Under the pieces are notes generated by a model. It saw only the letters and a program-made list of their open reading frames with translations, was not told the DNA's origin and searched no databases. From positions 883,736-947,735 of the forward strand of contig OZ243041.1 in NCBI GenBank assembly GCA_965212055.1: a stretch of DNA of 64,000 bases, written 5' to 3'. Position numbers and translations under genes: made by a program. This DNA is from Fidelibacterota bacterium. Its GTDB lineage: Bacteria; Fidelibacterota; Marinisomatia; Marinisomatales; Marinisomataceae. Below, in pieces: positions 37,334 through 46,729 of the stretch. How positions within the stretch are numbered: position 1 is the first letter of the stretch; each line of letters starts with the position of its first letter.

Positions 37334-38437
37334 TTATTGTATCTGATTAATTATTAATTCAACATCATCTTCAGATAGATAAGGATGCATTGGTAAGCTC
37401 AAAATTCTTTTTGATAAATCTTCTGAAGTTGGGAAATCCCCTTTTTGGTATCTTAAATAAGAAAATGCTTTCATTAAATGAATAGGACATTTGTAATAAA
37501 TTGCCGTTGGAATATCGTTTTGCTCTAATTTTTGTATTGTTTGGTTTCTTTGTTGATCTGATTCTAACAAAATAGAAAATAATGCATGAGATGATACATA
37601 ATCTTTAGGAATAGATTGGCAATTTTTTAGATTTTTTCTGTATTGAATACTTATTTTCTCTCTTAAATCTAATTCTTCATCAAAAATAGTTAATTTCTCT
37701 AGCAATACAGCGGCTTGTAGGCTATCTAAACGTCCATTCAAACCAATCAATTCACTATGATATCTATCAGATGTAGTACCATGAATACGAATTGCTTTAC
37801 ATTTATTCGCTAGATAATCATCATTCGTAAAAATTGCACCTCCATCACCATAACATCCTAATGGTTTTGCTGGATAAAAAGAAGTAGCAGCCGCATCTCC
37901 AAAAGTACCTACTTTTTTATCTCTGATTGCCCCTCCAAAACTTTGTGCCGCATCCTCAAGGACTTTTAAATCATATTTTTTTGCAATTTCTTCAATAAGA
38001 CGGTAGCGAGCAGGCAATCCAAACAAATCAACAGGTATAATTGCTTTTGGAGTTAATTTTCCTTCTGCAATGGTATGTTGAATGGCTAATTCTAATTTTT
38101 CACAATCTATATTAAAGGTTGACTCGTAGACATCAACAAAAATAGGGGTTGCTCCTAATAACGAAATGACTTCAGCGGTTGCAACATAAGTAAATGGAGT
38201 CGTAAATACCGCATCTCCAGGACCTATATTCCATGCCATTAAAGGAATGAGCAATGCATCGGTACCTGATGAACATGAAATGGCATGTTTTACCCCACAA
38301 TACTCTGCTAATTTCTCCTCTAATTCAGTAACTTCTGGCCCCATAATATAGGCACCATGCTCTAAAATACGATCAAAACGTACGTTGAGGCCTTTACGAA
38401 TGCGATTTTGTTGTGTTTTTAGATCAATAAAGTCCAT
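37334..38437 (-). CDS. DegT/DnrJ/EryC1/StrS-family PLP sugar aminotransferase
   Basis: 367 aa. LEEKLAEYCGVKHAISCSSGTDAL, DAAQSFGG and SFYPAKPLGCYGDGGA (PLP lysine region). Confidence 0.9.
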   Translation of the reverse strand: MDFIDLKTQQNRIRKGLNVRFDRILEHGAYIMGPEVTELEEKLAEYCGVKHAISCSSGTDALLIPLMAWNIGPGDAVFTTPFTYVATAEVISLLGATPIFVDVYESTFNIDCEKLELAIQHTIAEGKLTPKAIIPVDLFGLPARYRLIEEIAKKYDLKVLEDAAQSFGGAIRDKKVGTFGDAAATSFYPAKPLGCYGDGGAIFTNDDYLANKCKAIRIHGTTSDRYHSELIGLNGRLDSLQAAVLLEKLTIFDEELDLREKISIQYRKNLKNCQSIPKDYVSSHALFSILLESDQQRNQTIQKLEQNDIPTAIYYKCPIHLMKAFSYLRYQKGDFPTSEDLSKRILSLPMHPYLSEDDVELIINQIQ

Positions 38438-38634
38438 TTTCTCATGTTAAGATATTCATACCAATTTTAAAAAGGATAATTTATTAGAAAATTTATAGGA
38501 TAAGCATAGTTTTTTTATAGAGATACAATTAATGTTTGCAATCCTCAAATAATTGCGTCAAATTATCACAAAGCACTTACTCGTGCTTTTGAATATATTA
38601 ATATATGAAAGTAACCAAGAAAAAGGAGTTAACT

Positions 38635-41328
38635 ATGAATCGTACGATTCTTGGCGCGCTACTTGGAATCATTATGATTTCTGGCGCAGTTCTTGGGCAG
38701 GGTACAGTATCTGGAACCGTTACGGACGCAGATGGAAATGCCTTACCGGGAGCCAATGTTGTTGTCGACGGAACTTCTTCGGGTGCTGCTGCCACATTAA
38801 GTGGAGCATACTCAATAGATCTTCCTAATGGCACCTACACAGTAACTGCTAGCGTAGTAGGACATAACAAATCGTCTGCTACAGTGAAAATACAGAATTC
38901 CAACGAATCTGCTAATTTCACATTGTCATCTTCATCCGTTGCGTTGGGCGGTGTTGATGTACTAGCAAATCGTGTAGACAATACTGATGCTATCTCATAC
39001 GACGACTATACCAAAGCTGATATTGATTTCAGATTAGGTGGTCGTGGATTGCCGAAAGCATTGTCAACCCTCCCTAGTGTTTTTGTCGAAAACGGTGGTG
39101 GTTGGGATGATGAAAATGTATACGTTCGTGGATTTGACGATCGTTATACAGCTTATTTAATTAATGGTGTTCCAATGAACGATATGGAAAATGGAAACCT
39201 ATACTTCTCAAATTGGACTGTACTTGCTGATGTTGCATCAGTAGTACAAATACAAAGAGGAGCTGGGGCTGTTAATTTAGCTGTACCTAGTTTAGGTGGA
39301 ACTGTGAACTTTATTAGTGCAGCTCCTACAACTGAAGCTGGCGTACAAATAAAGCAAGAAGTCGGTGAATACGACTTCAGTAAGACTGCAGTAACAGTAA
39401 ATTCTGGATTAATAATGGACGATAAAATGACGGTTGTCATGGCAGCTTCACGTAGAACTGCAGATCGTTTCTTTGCAACAGGAACTTATTCTGATGCATG
39501 GTCTTACTATTTTAATACATCTTATTCTATTAACGATAATAATCGTATAGAAATGGTTGCACTTGGATCTCCACAATTACATGGTCATAATTTTTGGAAT
39601 AATCGTGTTTCAAATTATAGTCATGAATTAGCTAGAGATATGGGTGTAGCTGATGAAGATTTAAGAACAGAATATGGTGTAGATTGGAATCCTAGAGCTG
39701 ATGAGCTAGACACTCCATACCACGGCAAACGTGCACTCGCTAGTTGGGTACCATTTGACGGTTGGAATTGGAGAGAAGCTGATCCGCATTCTTCAACGAT
39801 GATTAATGAAAGAAATAATTACTTCCACAAACCAATTGTGCAAGTTAACTCTTACAATCAAGTAAGAGATGATATGCTTCTATCTACTGCGGTTTACTAC
39901 TCCGGTGGTGAAGGTGGTGGTTCAGGTTCTGCTGGTTCTATAAAGTGGAAATCTGACGGTTCAGGACGTGATTATGATGCTACAATTTTAAGAAACAGTA
40001 CAGAAAATTGGGTTGATGGCTACGGTTATCAATCAGCTGGTGTCTTAAGAGGAAGTAGAAACAATCAATATACTTATGGTGTAATGTCTAAGTTAGATTG
40101 GGATCTTTCTGAATCAACAAAGCTGACTTTCGGACTTGATGTCAGAACAGCAGAAGTTGAACACTACAGACAAGTCTATGACTTGCTTGGTGGGGATGTA
40201 TACTACAACAGTTCAAATGAAAATTGGACAACAGATCAAGAAAAATACAGAACACTTGGTGATAAAATCCAGTATGACAATACCAATACAATTGATTGGC
40301 AAGGTGGATATACACAAGTAAGCTACAATGATGGTAGTGGAGCTACTGCATTTGGTATGTTTGGTACTACTAGTGCTAGCTATACTGTACAAGATCACTT
40401 CCAGTTAGGAGAACCAACCTTAGAAGCTGATGCTGAAACAGGTTGGCAAATGAAAGTTGGTGGTACTTACCCTGTAAGTGACACATGGCTATTGTATGGT
40501 AACTTCAGTACTGCAAACCTAACCCCTACATTAGATAAATTAGTTGATGATGCAAATTTCATCGTAAACACTGATTTTGAAAATGAAAAGGCTACCTGGT
40601 TTGATGTTGGTGCGAGATTCCAAGCTCCTAATGGTCAATGGGCAGGTAGTTTAAACTACTACTCATCTCAATGGTCTGACAGAGCTCAAAGCGGTGAAGT
40701 AGAAGATCTTAGTGGAAACGAATCATTCTTTAGTATTGTTGGTTTGGAAGAAAATCACTCAGGTTTAGAATATTCTATCGCGTATCAACCAATCCCAGTA
40801 CTTAGAATTGACGCACGTGGTCATGTGAGTGACTGGAGATTTACTGATAATTTGAACTATACATATTATGAAGTAAGCGGTGATCCATCCACTTCCACAA
40901 ACTTTGACTTGTATGTTAAAGATGTGATGGTATCTGGAGCACCACAAGAAGCTCATAACTTGATTTTAACAGGATTCTGGAACACAATGAAAGCTTCAAT
41001 TGAAGTAGAACATTTTGGAAAGCAGTATCCTAGATGGGGTTATGATGGAGCTATTCAAGACTTAGCATTCTTACTTGGCGAAGGTAATACTTTTGCTGAC
41101 GATGCTTATGTTACTGATTTTAGCACTCTATATAATTTGAAATTCCAATACGGAATGAATTTAGGTGGTAAAGATGTAGTACTGAATGCTTCTGTTCATA
41201 ACGCTGGTGACGAATTATATGTCGGTGACTTTGTTGACGCATATGATGGATCAGGTGATGTTGCAAATCTAAGAGTCCGTCTAGGGCAACCTAGATCTTG
41301 GGTAATTGGATTTACAATTAATTATTAA
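38635..41328 (+). CDS. TonB-dependent outer-membrane receptor with N-terminal carboxypeptidase-regulatory-like domain
   Basis: The start is taken at MNRTILGALLGIIMISGAVLGQ, 7 nt after AGGAG (38624-38628). GTVSGTVTDADGNALPGANVVV (CarboxypepD_reg), a plug domain (VYVRGFDDRYTAYLINGVPMND) and a long beta-barrel ending in aromatic ...GFTINY. Confidence 0.88.
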   Translation: MNRTILGALLGIIMISGAVLGQGTVSGTVTDADGNALPGANVVVDGTSSGAAATLSGAYSIDLPNGTYTVTASVVGHNKSSATVKIQNSNESANFTLSSSSVALGGVDVLANRVDNTDAISYDDYTKADIDFRLGGRGLPKALSTLPSVFVENGGGWDDENVYVRGFDDRYTAYLINGVPMNDMENGNLYFSNWTVLADVASVVQIQRGAGAVNLAVPSLGGTVNFISAAPTTEAGVQIKQEVGEYDFSKTAVTVNSGLIMDDKMTVVMAASRRTADRFFATGTYSDAWSYYFNTSYSINDNNRIEMVALGSPQLHGHNFWNNRVSNYSHELARDMGVADEDLRTEYGVDWNPRADELDTPYHGKRALASWVPFDGWNWREADPHSSTMINERNNYFHKPIVQVNSYNQVRDDMLLSTAVYYSGGEGGGSGSAGSIKWKSDGSGRDYDATILRNSTENWVDGYGYQSAGVLRGSRNNQYTYGVMSKLDWDLSESTKLTFGLDVRTAEVEHYRQVYDLLGGDVYYNSSNENWTTDQEKYRTLGDKIQYDNTNTIDWQGGYTQVSYNDGSGATAFGMFGTTSASYTVQDHFQLGEPTLEADAETGWQMKVGGTYPVSDTWLLYGNFSTANLTPTLDKLVDDANFIVNTDFENEKATWFDVGARFQAPNGQWAGSLNYYSSQWSDRAQSGEVEDLSGNESFFSIVGLEENHSGLEYSIAYQPIPVLRIDARGHVSDWRFTDNLNYTYYEVSGDPSTSTNFDLYVKDVMVSGAPQEAHNLILTGFWNTMKASIEVEHFGKQYPRWGYDGAIQDLAFLLGEGNTFADDAYVTDFSTLYNLKFQYGMNLGGKDVVLNASVHNAGDELYVGDFVDAYDGSGDVANLRVRLGQPRSWVIGFTINY

Positions 41329-41361
41329 TCTGTAGTTTTTAGATTAGTAAAATATAAAGAG

Positions 41362-41387
41362 GCCCTTCAGCAATGGAGGGCTTTTTT
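41362..41387. terminator. rho-independent terminator between convergent genes
   Basis: GCCCUUC-AGCAAU-GGAGGGC forms a 7-bp stem (one G-U pair) at 41362-41381, followed by a T6 run at 41382-41387 on the + strand. It lies 34 nt after the receptor stop and abuts the dnaG stop. Confidence 0.7.
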
Positions 41388-43125
41388 ATTGTAGTTGTTT
41401 CTGAAGATCAGTTAATTCTGTTACAAGAGAAATCTCAGGTGAGGAACCATCATCTTCAAGACGTCTTATTTTATCCCGTAATACTTGAATTTTCTGTTTA
41501 ATAGGTTCTTGTTCTAAGATTAAGACACAATCTTTTAAAATTTGATCCTGGCTTCCCTTTTCAGGTGAATGAATAGCAAAACTAGCGATTAAGTTTCGTT
41601 CTTCAGGAGTCCCTCCAGTTATTTCAAGTAATTGACTAATGGTATAATTTTTATCAATATTTTTGATAAGCGTTTTCATCACATTTTGTAATAAAGCATT
41701 GCTAAATAATTCAATTGCAATTTCTTTAATAAAGGTTGGATAATGTAATCCAAGTTTAATGAGTTCTAATTGTGCTTTATCTGATAGAGAAGTATAATGA
41801 GTTTCTTGTACTTTGCTTTTATCTCCAACCTCTGGACGATATATTTTTGTTTTAATTGATTTAAATCGATTCAGAATTTCTGTTTCAGGAATGGAAATCT
41901 CATTAGACAATTTCCTAATTAAATCATCTCTAATAATTGAGTCAGATACCATTTTAATTTCACCAAGACATTCATCAACAAAGAGGGATCGTTGTGTTGC
42001 ACTTTGTTTTAAAATTTCCTTTTGTTTTACAATAAATGCAATTGGGTGAAGAGAGGTTTTGATTAATTGTTTGAATTCTTTTTTACTGTTTTTTTCTTTT
42101 TGGAAAAAATCGTCTGGATCATAGTCATTACCAAAAAATAGTACACGCGTTTCTATGCCTTGTTGTAATAAAGCATAACTCGCACGTATAGCAGCATTAA
42201 CGCCTGCATCATCAGAATCATAAGCAAGAATAGCTCGACTAGTATGTTTTTTAAGTACAGCAGCATGTTTAGCGGAAAATGCAGTTCCTGATGTAGCAAT
42301 TGCATTAGAAAAACCATTCTCTACCAAACGAAGATAATCAGTTTGTCCTTCTACTAAAATTGCAAAATTTTGTTTTCGTATATTTGGCAATGTTTGGTAT
42401 GCCCCATAAAAAATTTTGCTTTTTTGAAATAAAAATGTCTCAGGTGAATTAAGATATTTAATATCATCATCTGGAGATAAAGTTCTACCACTAAAACCAA
42501 TTATTTTTCCTGAAAGATTAAAAAATGGAAACATTAATCTATTTCTGAACCGATCTACTAATCCTTTTTTAGATTCAGAAAATAAACCAGATTTCTTTAA
42601 AATATCTTCATCAAATTTCCCTTTAACTTCTTTAAATAAACTATCCCAACTATCAAGGGAAATTCCTAATCGATATTGTTTAATCGTAGCATCACTAAAC
42701 TGCCGTTTTTTCAGATATTTTTTACCGCTACTAGCTTTAGCAGATTTAATATTATTTTCAAAATAAATACATGCTAGTTCATGGATCTCATATAGCTGGT
42801 CATACAGATTATCTTGTTCTTTATCCCCAATTTCTATTATTTCAATTCCATATTTTTTAGCAAGCGATCGTACTGCCTCTGCAAAACCAATACGTTCATG
42901 TTCTATTAAGAATTGGATGGCATTTCCGCCTTGACCTGATCCGAAATCATACCACATATTTTTATCAGCAGCGACACTAAATGAAGGTTTTGTTTCTGAT
43001 CTAAAAGGACTTAAACCAAAATAGTTTTTCCCTCTTTTTTTGAGATCTACATATTGTGAAATCACCTCAAGAATATCTACTTCATCTAAAACTCTATTAA
43101 TGGTTTCTTGTGCAATTCTTCCCAT
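41386..43125 (-). CDS. dnaG: DNA primase
   Basis: 579 aa. N-terminal ZBD-like region (PFRSETKPSFSV...GGNAIQFL, but without Zn ligands), RNA polymerase core, and TOPRIM motifs VEGQTDYL and AYDSDDAG. Confidence 0.9.
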   Translation of the reverse strand: MGRIAQETINRVLDEVDILEVISQYVDLKKRGKNYFGLSPFRSETKPSFSVAADKNMWYDFGSGQGGNAIQFLIEHERIGFAEAVRSLAKKYGIEIIEIGDKEQDNLYDQLYEIHELACIYFENNIKSAKASSGKKYLKKRQFSDATIKQYRLGISLDSWDSLFKEVKGKFDEDILKKSGLFSESKKGLVDRFRNRLMFPFFNLSGKIIGFSGRTLSPDDDIKYLNSPETFLFQKSKIFYGAYQTLPNIRKQNFAILVEGQTDYLRLVENGFSNAIATSGTAFSAKHAAVLKKHTSRAILAYDSDDAGVNAAIRASYALLQQGIETRVLFFGNDYDPDDFFQKEKNSKKEFKQLIKTSLHPIAFIVKQKEILKQSATQRSLFVDECLGEIKMVSDSIIRDDLIRKLSNEISIPETEILNRFKSIKTKIYRPEVGDKSKVQETHYTSLSDKAQLELIKLGLHYPTFIKEIAIELFSNALLQNVMKTLIKNIDKNYTISQLLEITGGTPEERNLIASFAIHSPEKGSQDQILKDCVLILEQEPIKQKIQVLRDKIRRLEDDGSSPEISLVTELTDLQKQLQ

Positions 43126-43126
43126 A

Positions 43127-43606
43127 TTATGAAGGTATTGTTATTGATTGATTAATACAATCTTTCATAGGATTAAGTAAAGAAATGATTTTTGACTCTT
43201 CTGTAAGCATAGTATATATATTGTTTGATATATAATTATCAAAAAACCATAAAAAAACAACTAATAATAGTATTCCTTTTAATATGCCAAATAGAAACCC
43301 AAATAATTGATTCGCCACTGAAAAAATATTTGAATTTTCATAAAGAAATGATAAAACACTTGTTATAAACCGAACTCCCATAATAGTGATAATAAAAATA
43401 ATAATAGCAGAAAAAAATTGAGTTAGTTCCATATTGATATTAATAAAAGAGTGTAATTTTATAGTTAAATCTACATAAAAAGACATTGCTAGCCATATTG
43501 CAAGACCAATACCAATAAATTCTGAAATTTCATCTAAAAATCCTTTTTTACTTCCTGAAATACCAATAAATAAAATTAGAATTGAAAAAAGAATATCAAC
43601 AACCAT
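43127..43606 (-). CDS. cvpA: CvpA-family membrane protein
   Basis: 159 aa with four hydrophobic helices and an N-terminal VDILFSILILFIGISGSKKGFLDEI typical of colicin V production protein homologs. Confidence 0.65.
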   Translation of the reverse strand: MVVDILFSILILFIGISGSKKGFLDEISEFIGIGLAIWLAMSFYVDLTIKLHSFININMELTQFFSAIIIFIITIMGVRFITSVLSFLYENSNIFSVANQLFGFLFGILKGILLLVVFLWFFDNYISNNIYTMLTEESKIISLLNPMKDCINQSITIPS

Positions 43607-43612
43607 GGCTAT

Positions 43613-44050
43613 TTAAGATAATTTTGATTTTAAGATTGCTTGGGCCATACTACCATCAATCTTGCCTGCACCTTTTTTCATCACTTGAGGCATTACCTTT
43701 CCAAAATCTGCCATTGTAGTTGCACCAGTTTCTTTAATGATGGAGATGACGATTGTTGTGACTTCATTTTCATCCATCATTGATGGTAAATATTTCTCTA
43801 CAATATCAAGTTCGGCTTGTTCTTGTATCACCAAATCTTCTCTATCACCATCTTTATACATTTTAATAGATTCTTTGTGTTGTTTGGCTGTTTTTTGTAT
43901 TACTTGTAGAATTTGTTTATCATCCAATGAAGATCCAACTTCAATTACTTTATTTTTTAACTTCGAAATTAAGAGCCTTAGGGTATTAGCTTTTACTTTC
44001 TCTCCATTTTTGAGAGCAGTTTTCATATCATTTTGAATTTGGTCAAGCAT
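43613..44050 (-). CDS. yqeY: GatB/YqeY domain protein
   Basis: 145 aa. MKTALKNGEKVKANTLRLL... and a C-terminal G.ADFGKVM..VMKK..G..DG pattern. Confidence 0.8.
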   Translation of the reverse strand: MLDQIQNDMKTALKNGEKVKANTLRLLISKLKNKVIEVGSSLDDKQILQVIQKTAKQHKESIKMYKDGDREDLVIQEQAELDIVEKYLPSMMDENEVTTIVISIIKETGATTMADFGKVMPQVMKKGAGKIDGSMAQAILKSKLS

Positions 44051-44053
44051 ATG

Positions 44054-44797
44054 TTATTTCCCTTCATTTATACGTTTCATAGATAGTAATAATTTATCTC
44101 GATTGGATTCAAAACCAATAAATCTTCTTCCAGATTTTTTAGACACTAAACCAACGCTCCCAGAATTCATAAATGGATCAACCACCCAATTTAATTTAAA
44201 ACTACTAGATTTTAGTATTCTGTTAATCACTTCATAATAATCTAAGTGGAACCATAAATTGCTTTTTGAATCTTGGTTTTTTTCATCTTCTACAATCTTA
44301 CCATCTACTACATAATTTTGATTAAAAATATAATCGTTTGTTTTGGTAGCAAACCAGATATCAAATAGTTCATTTTCCCATTTGGATTGACTAGAATCAG
44401 AATTTTCATTGTTGCGTTCTATGGTAATACGCGATTGTACATGAAATTTTTTTGATAATAAGGAATGATACATACCAGAAGATTCCCAAGGACAAAAAAT
44501 ATAGATTGAACCAGTAGATTTTAGTACACGACTTGATTCTGTAAGCCAAACCTCCATCCAATCTAAATAATTTGTATAGGTTGGAGAATTTTTCTTTGTT
44601 TTTTCGTTTTTAGGCCCATTTGAAGGTTCTGTAATGATTAAATCAATTGATTCATTAGGCAGTTCAACAAGACCATCAATTGCATCTGATAGAAAAACTC
44701 CTTCAGACAATTTGTTTTTAAATCGCATATCTTCATTTGTTTTAATAGCAGGTAAATAGCGATCTAAGTCTTTTACTGTTAAAATATCAGAATGCAT
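44054..44797 (-). CDS. beta-class N6/N4 DNA-methyltransferase-like protein with degenerate catalytic motif
   Basis: 247 aa with PF01555-like order. SIDLIITEPSN sits where D-PP-Y is expected. RVLKSTGSIYIF, and C-terminal VVDPFMNSGSVGLVSKKSGRRFIGFE (AdoMet motif I region). Confidence 0.55.
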   Translation of the reverse strand: MHSDILTVKDLDRYLPAIKTNEDMRFKNKLSEGVFLSDAIDGLVELPNESIDLIITEPSNGPKNEKTKKNSPTYTNYLDWMEVWLTESSRVLKSTGSIYIFCPWESSGMYHSLLSKKFHVQSRITIERNNENSDSSQSKWENELFDIWFATKTNDYIFNQNYVVDGKIVEDEKNQDSKSNLWFHLDYYEVINRILKSSSFKLNWVVDPFMNSGSVGLVSKKSGRRFIGFESNRDKLLLSMKRINEGK

Positions 44798-44860
44798 AAC
44801 TGTCGGAATTTAACTTTATAAATCTAATTTAAAAATTGTAAGTTTATTCTCTTAGTCAAT

Positions 44861-45739
44861 ATGGAAAAAATAAAAATTGTAATGAGTAAACTTCCATCAA
44901 TACCTTGGTGGGGAGACGGGATTACAGCATATCCTGATAATGATATGATGAAAGCGGGAGTTATACCAAATCACACCCATGTAATCAAAGAACATAAAGC
45001 ATTGGTAAAAGTTATTAGTGATTTAGAATTTGATATTATATTTGTTCCTTTTTCAGAACAATTAGAAAATGCTAAAAAGTTTGATTTTGTATTTACAAGA
45101 GACCATTTCCTATGCAATCAAAATAAAGAGGTTGTTATTTGCAATATGCGTCTTCCTCAACGCTTAGAAGAAACAGATTTTGTAAAGGACACATTAGGAA
45201 AATTAGGGTATACCATCAAAACACTTCCAAAAAATGAATGTATTGCAGAAGGAGGTGAATTTTTTTATCTATCAAATGAAAATATATTGTTGTCTGGATG
45301 TTCTCGTAATAACAAAGCTGGAGCTGAAACAATGGCAGAATTAATGGGAGTAAATTCGCTCAATATTATATATTCACAAGGATACCATCTCGATACTGCA
45401 ATTTCCCCCATATTTGACTCTAGTAATAATTGTATTGCTTTGATGTGTGCAAAAGAAGTGTTTGATGATAATAATTACAAATTACTACAAACATTATGTA
45501 AACAGCATAATTGGGAACTCTTAAGCCAATATCATTCGAATAAAGAAGAATCTCTTAATGCCAGAACAGCAATGAATTGCTTAACTCTTCCTGGTCTTTT
45601 AGTAGGAACAAGTATGATTGAAGATAAAAGAATTATGGAATTTGTTAGAACAAATCAAATTGAACTTATTGTAACTAGTGTATCACAATTTAACTTAAGC
45701 GGTGGATCAGTGCATTGCTTAACAAACGAATTATTTTAA
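44861..45739 (+). CDS. guanidino-group-modifying enzyme superfamily protein (amidinotransferase/DDAH/arginine deiminase-like)
   Basis: 292 aa. FTRDHF, AEGGEF, GYHLDTAISP and the C-terminal nucleophile block SGGSVHCLTNE. Confidence 0.55.
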   Translation: MEKIKIVMSKLPSIPWWGDGITAYPDNDMMKAGVIPNHTHVIKEHKALVKVISDLEFDIIFVPFSEQLENAKKFDFVFTRDHFLCNQNKEVVICNMRLPQRLEETDFVKDTLGKLGYTIKTLPKNECIAEGGEFFYLSNENILLSGCSRNNKAGAETMAELMGVNSLNIIYSQGYHLDTAISPIFDSSNNCIALMCAKEVFDDNNYKLLQTLCKQHNWELLSQYHSNKEESLNARTAMNCLTLPGLLVGTSMIEDKRIMEFVRTNQIELIVTSVSQFNLSGGSVHCLTNELF

Positions 45740-46729
45740 TTATTTATCTTTAAAAAATTCCCAAATTAATTCAGAGCTATTTAAATCATCTCCCCAATCT
45801 TGGTGAAACCAAGTATGCCCTTCATATTCCATTTTATAGAGAACCACATCAGTATTGTCATCACAATTATAAGAAATAAATTGGGTAGATTGCAGGCCAT
45901 CATTGTTAAAATCTGGGACAGTTATTTGAGATTGATCCTGGCAATTATTGTTATTAGCCCAAAAATTATGTACAGTCTCTACTGGTACAGACCAAGAGGT
46001 ACCATTATAGGGAACAACAGTGTCAGCATTGCCATGAAAATGAATAATATTCTTCTTATTTGGTGGATTACAAGTATAGTATGCAGCATGTGAACCTGTA
46101 ACTGAGCCAATTCCATTAATTTCTTCAAGTTCACAAGCAAGTCTATAGCTCATAAACCCTCCTAATGACATCCCACATGAAAAAATTTTATCGGAATTAA
46201 TATTATAGTCTGTTTTAAAATAATCAATCAATGCTTTAAAAAATCCAACATCATCTACACCATCAAATGTACCAACTACATTAACATCCCAACCAGTGGT
46301 ACCAGTTAGATCTGTAGTCCCCTGCACATAAACTGCAATAAAATTTTCCTGGTCAGCAATTTGATCAAATCCTGAATAATTATGAATAACACTGGCACTA
46401 CTAGTATATCCATGAAGAACAAACAACAAAGGAATAGAATAGTTTGGATCAAAGTTTGGTGGTACATGCACGATAAAGGTACGTTGATGAGATCCCCAAG
46501 TCGTTGAAAATAACTTGGTTTGTTCATCTAATGGGTACATTAGTTGTACATCAAGTTCAGTAGTATCACTACCGCCATTACCACCGCTACCGCCATTACC
46601 ACCATTACCGCTACTATCAGAAGGGTCTACAAAACCAGTAGGTTTTGTGATCATACTGTCCTTACCAGAACAATTAATAAAAATAAAACATAATAGGATG
46701 ATGATTATGGATTTACGATTTAGTATCAT
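45740..46729 (-). CDS. secreted alpha/beta-hydrolase lipoprotein (esterase/PHB-depolymerase LpqC-like)
   Basis: 329 aa. Lipobox-like LLCFIFINCSG, a Gly/Asn/Ser linker (GNGGNGGSGGNGGS), PLLFVLHGYTSSA and the nucleophile elbow GMSLGG. Confidence 0.65.
   Translation of the reverse strand: MILNRKSIIIILLCFIFINCSGKDSMITKPTGFVDPSDSSGNGGNGGSGGNGGSDTTELDVQLMYPLDEQTKLFSTTWGSHQRTFIVHVPPNFDPNYSIPLLFVLHGYTSSASVIHNYSGFDQIADQENFIAVYVQGTTDLTGTTGWDVNVVGTFDGVDDVGFFKALIDYFKTDYNINSDKIFSCGMSLGGFMSYRLACELEEINGIGSVTGSHAAYYTCNPPNKKNIIHFHGNADTVVPYNGTSWSVPVETVHNFWANNNNCQDQSQITVPDFNNDGLQSTQFISYNCDDNTDVVLYKMEYEGHTWFHQDWGDDLNSSELIWEFFKDK

Noticed and set aside
38438-38634. Possible cobalamin or other riboswitch upstream of the TonB-dependent receptor.
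   Set aside because: No B12-box-like GCCACUG core or multi-helix GC-rich structure is visible. Only a single 6-bp hairpin is present, and it is reported under the receptor finding.
38553-38834. Two overlapping ORFs (38553-38828 plus strand, 38598-38834 minus strand) at the 5' end of the receptor gene.
   Set aside because: They are alternative frames of the GC-richer CarboxypepD_reg coding region, with no independent support.
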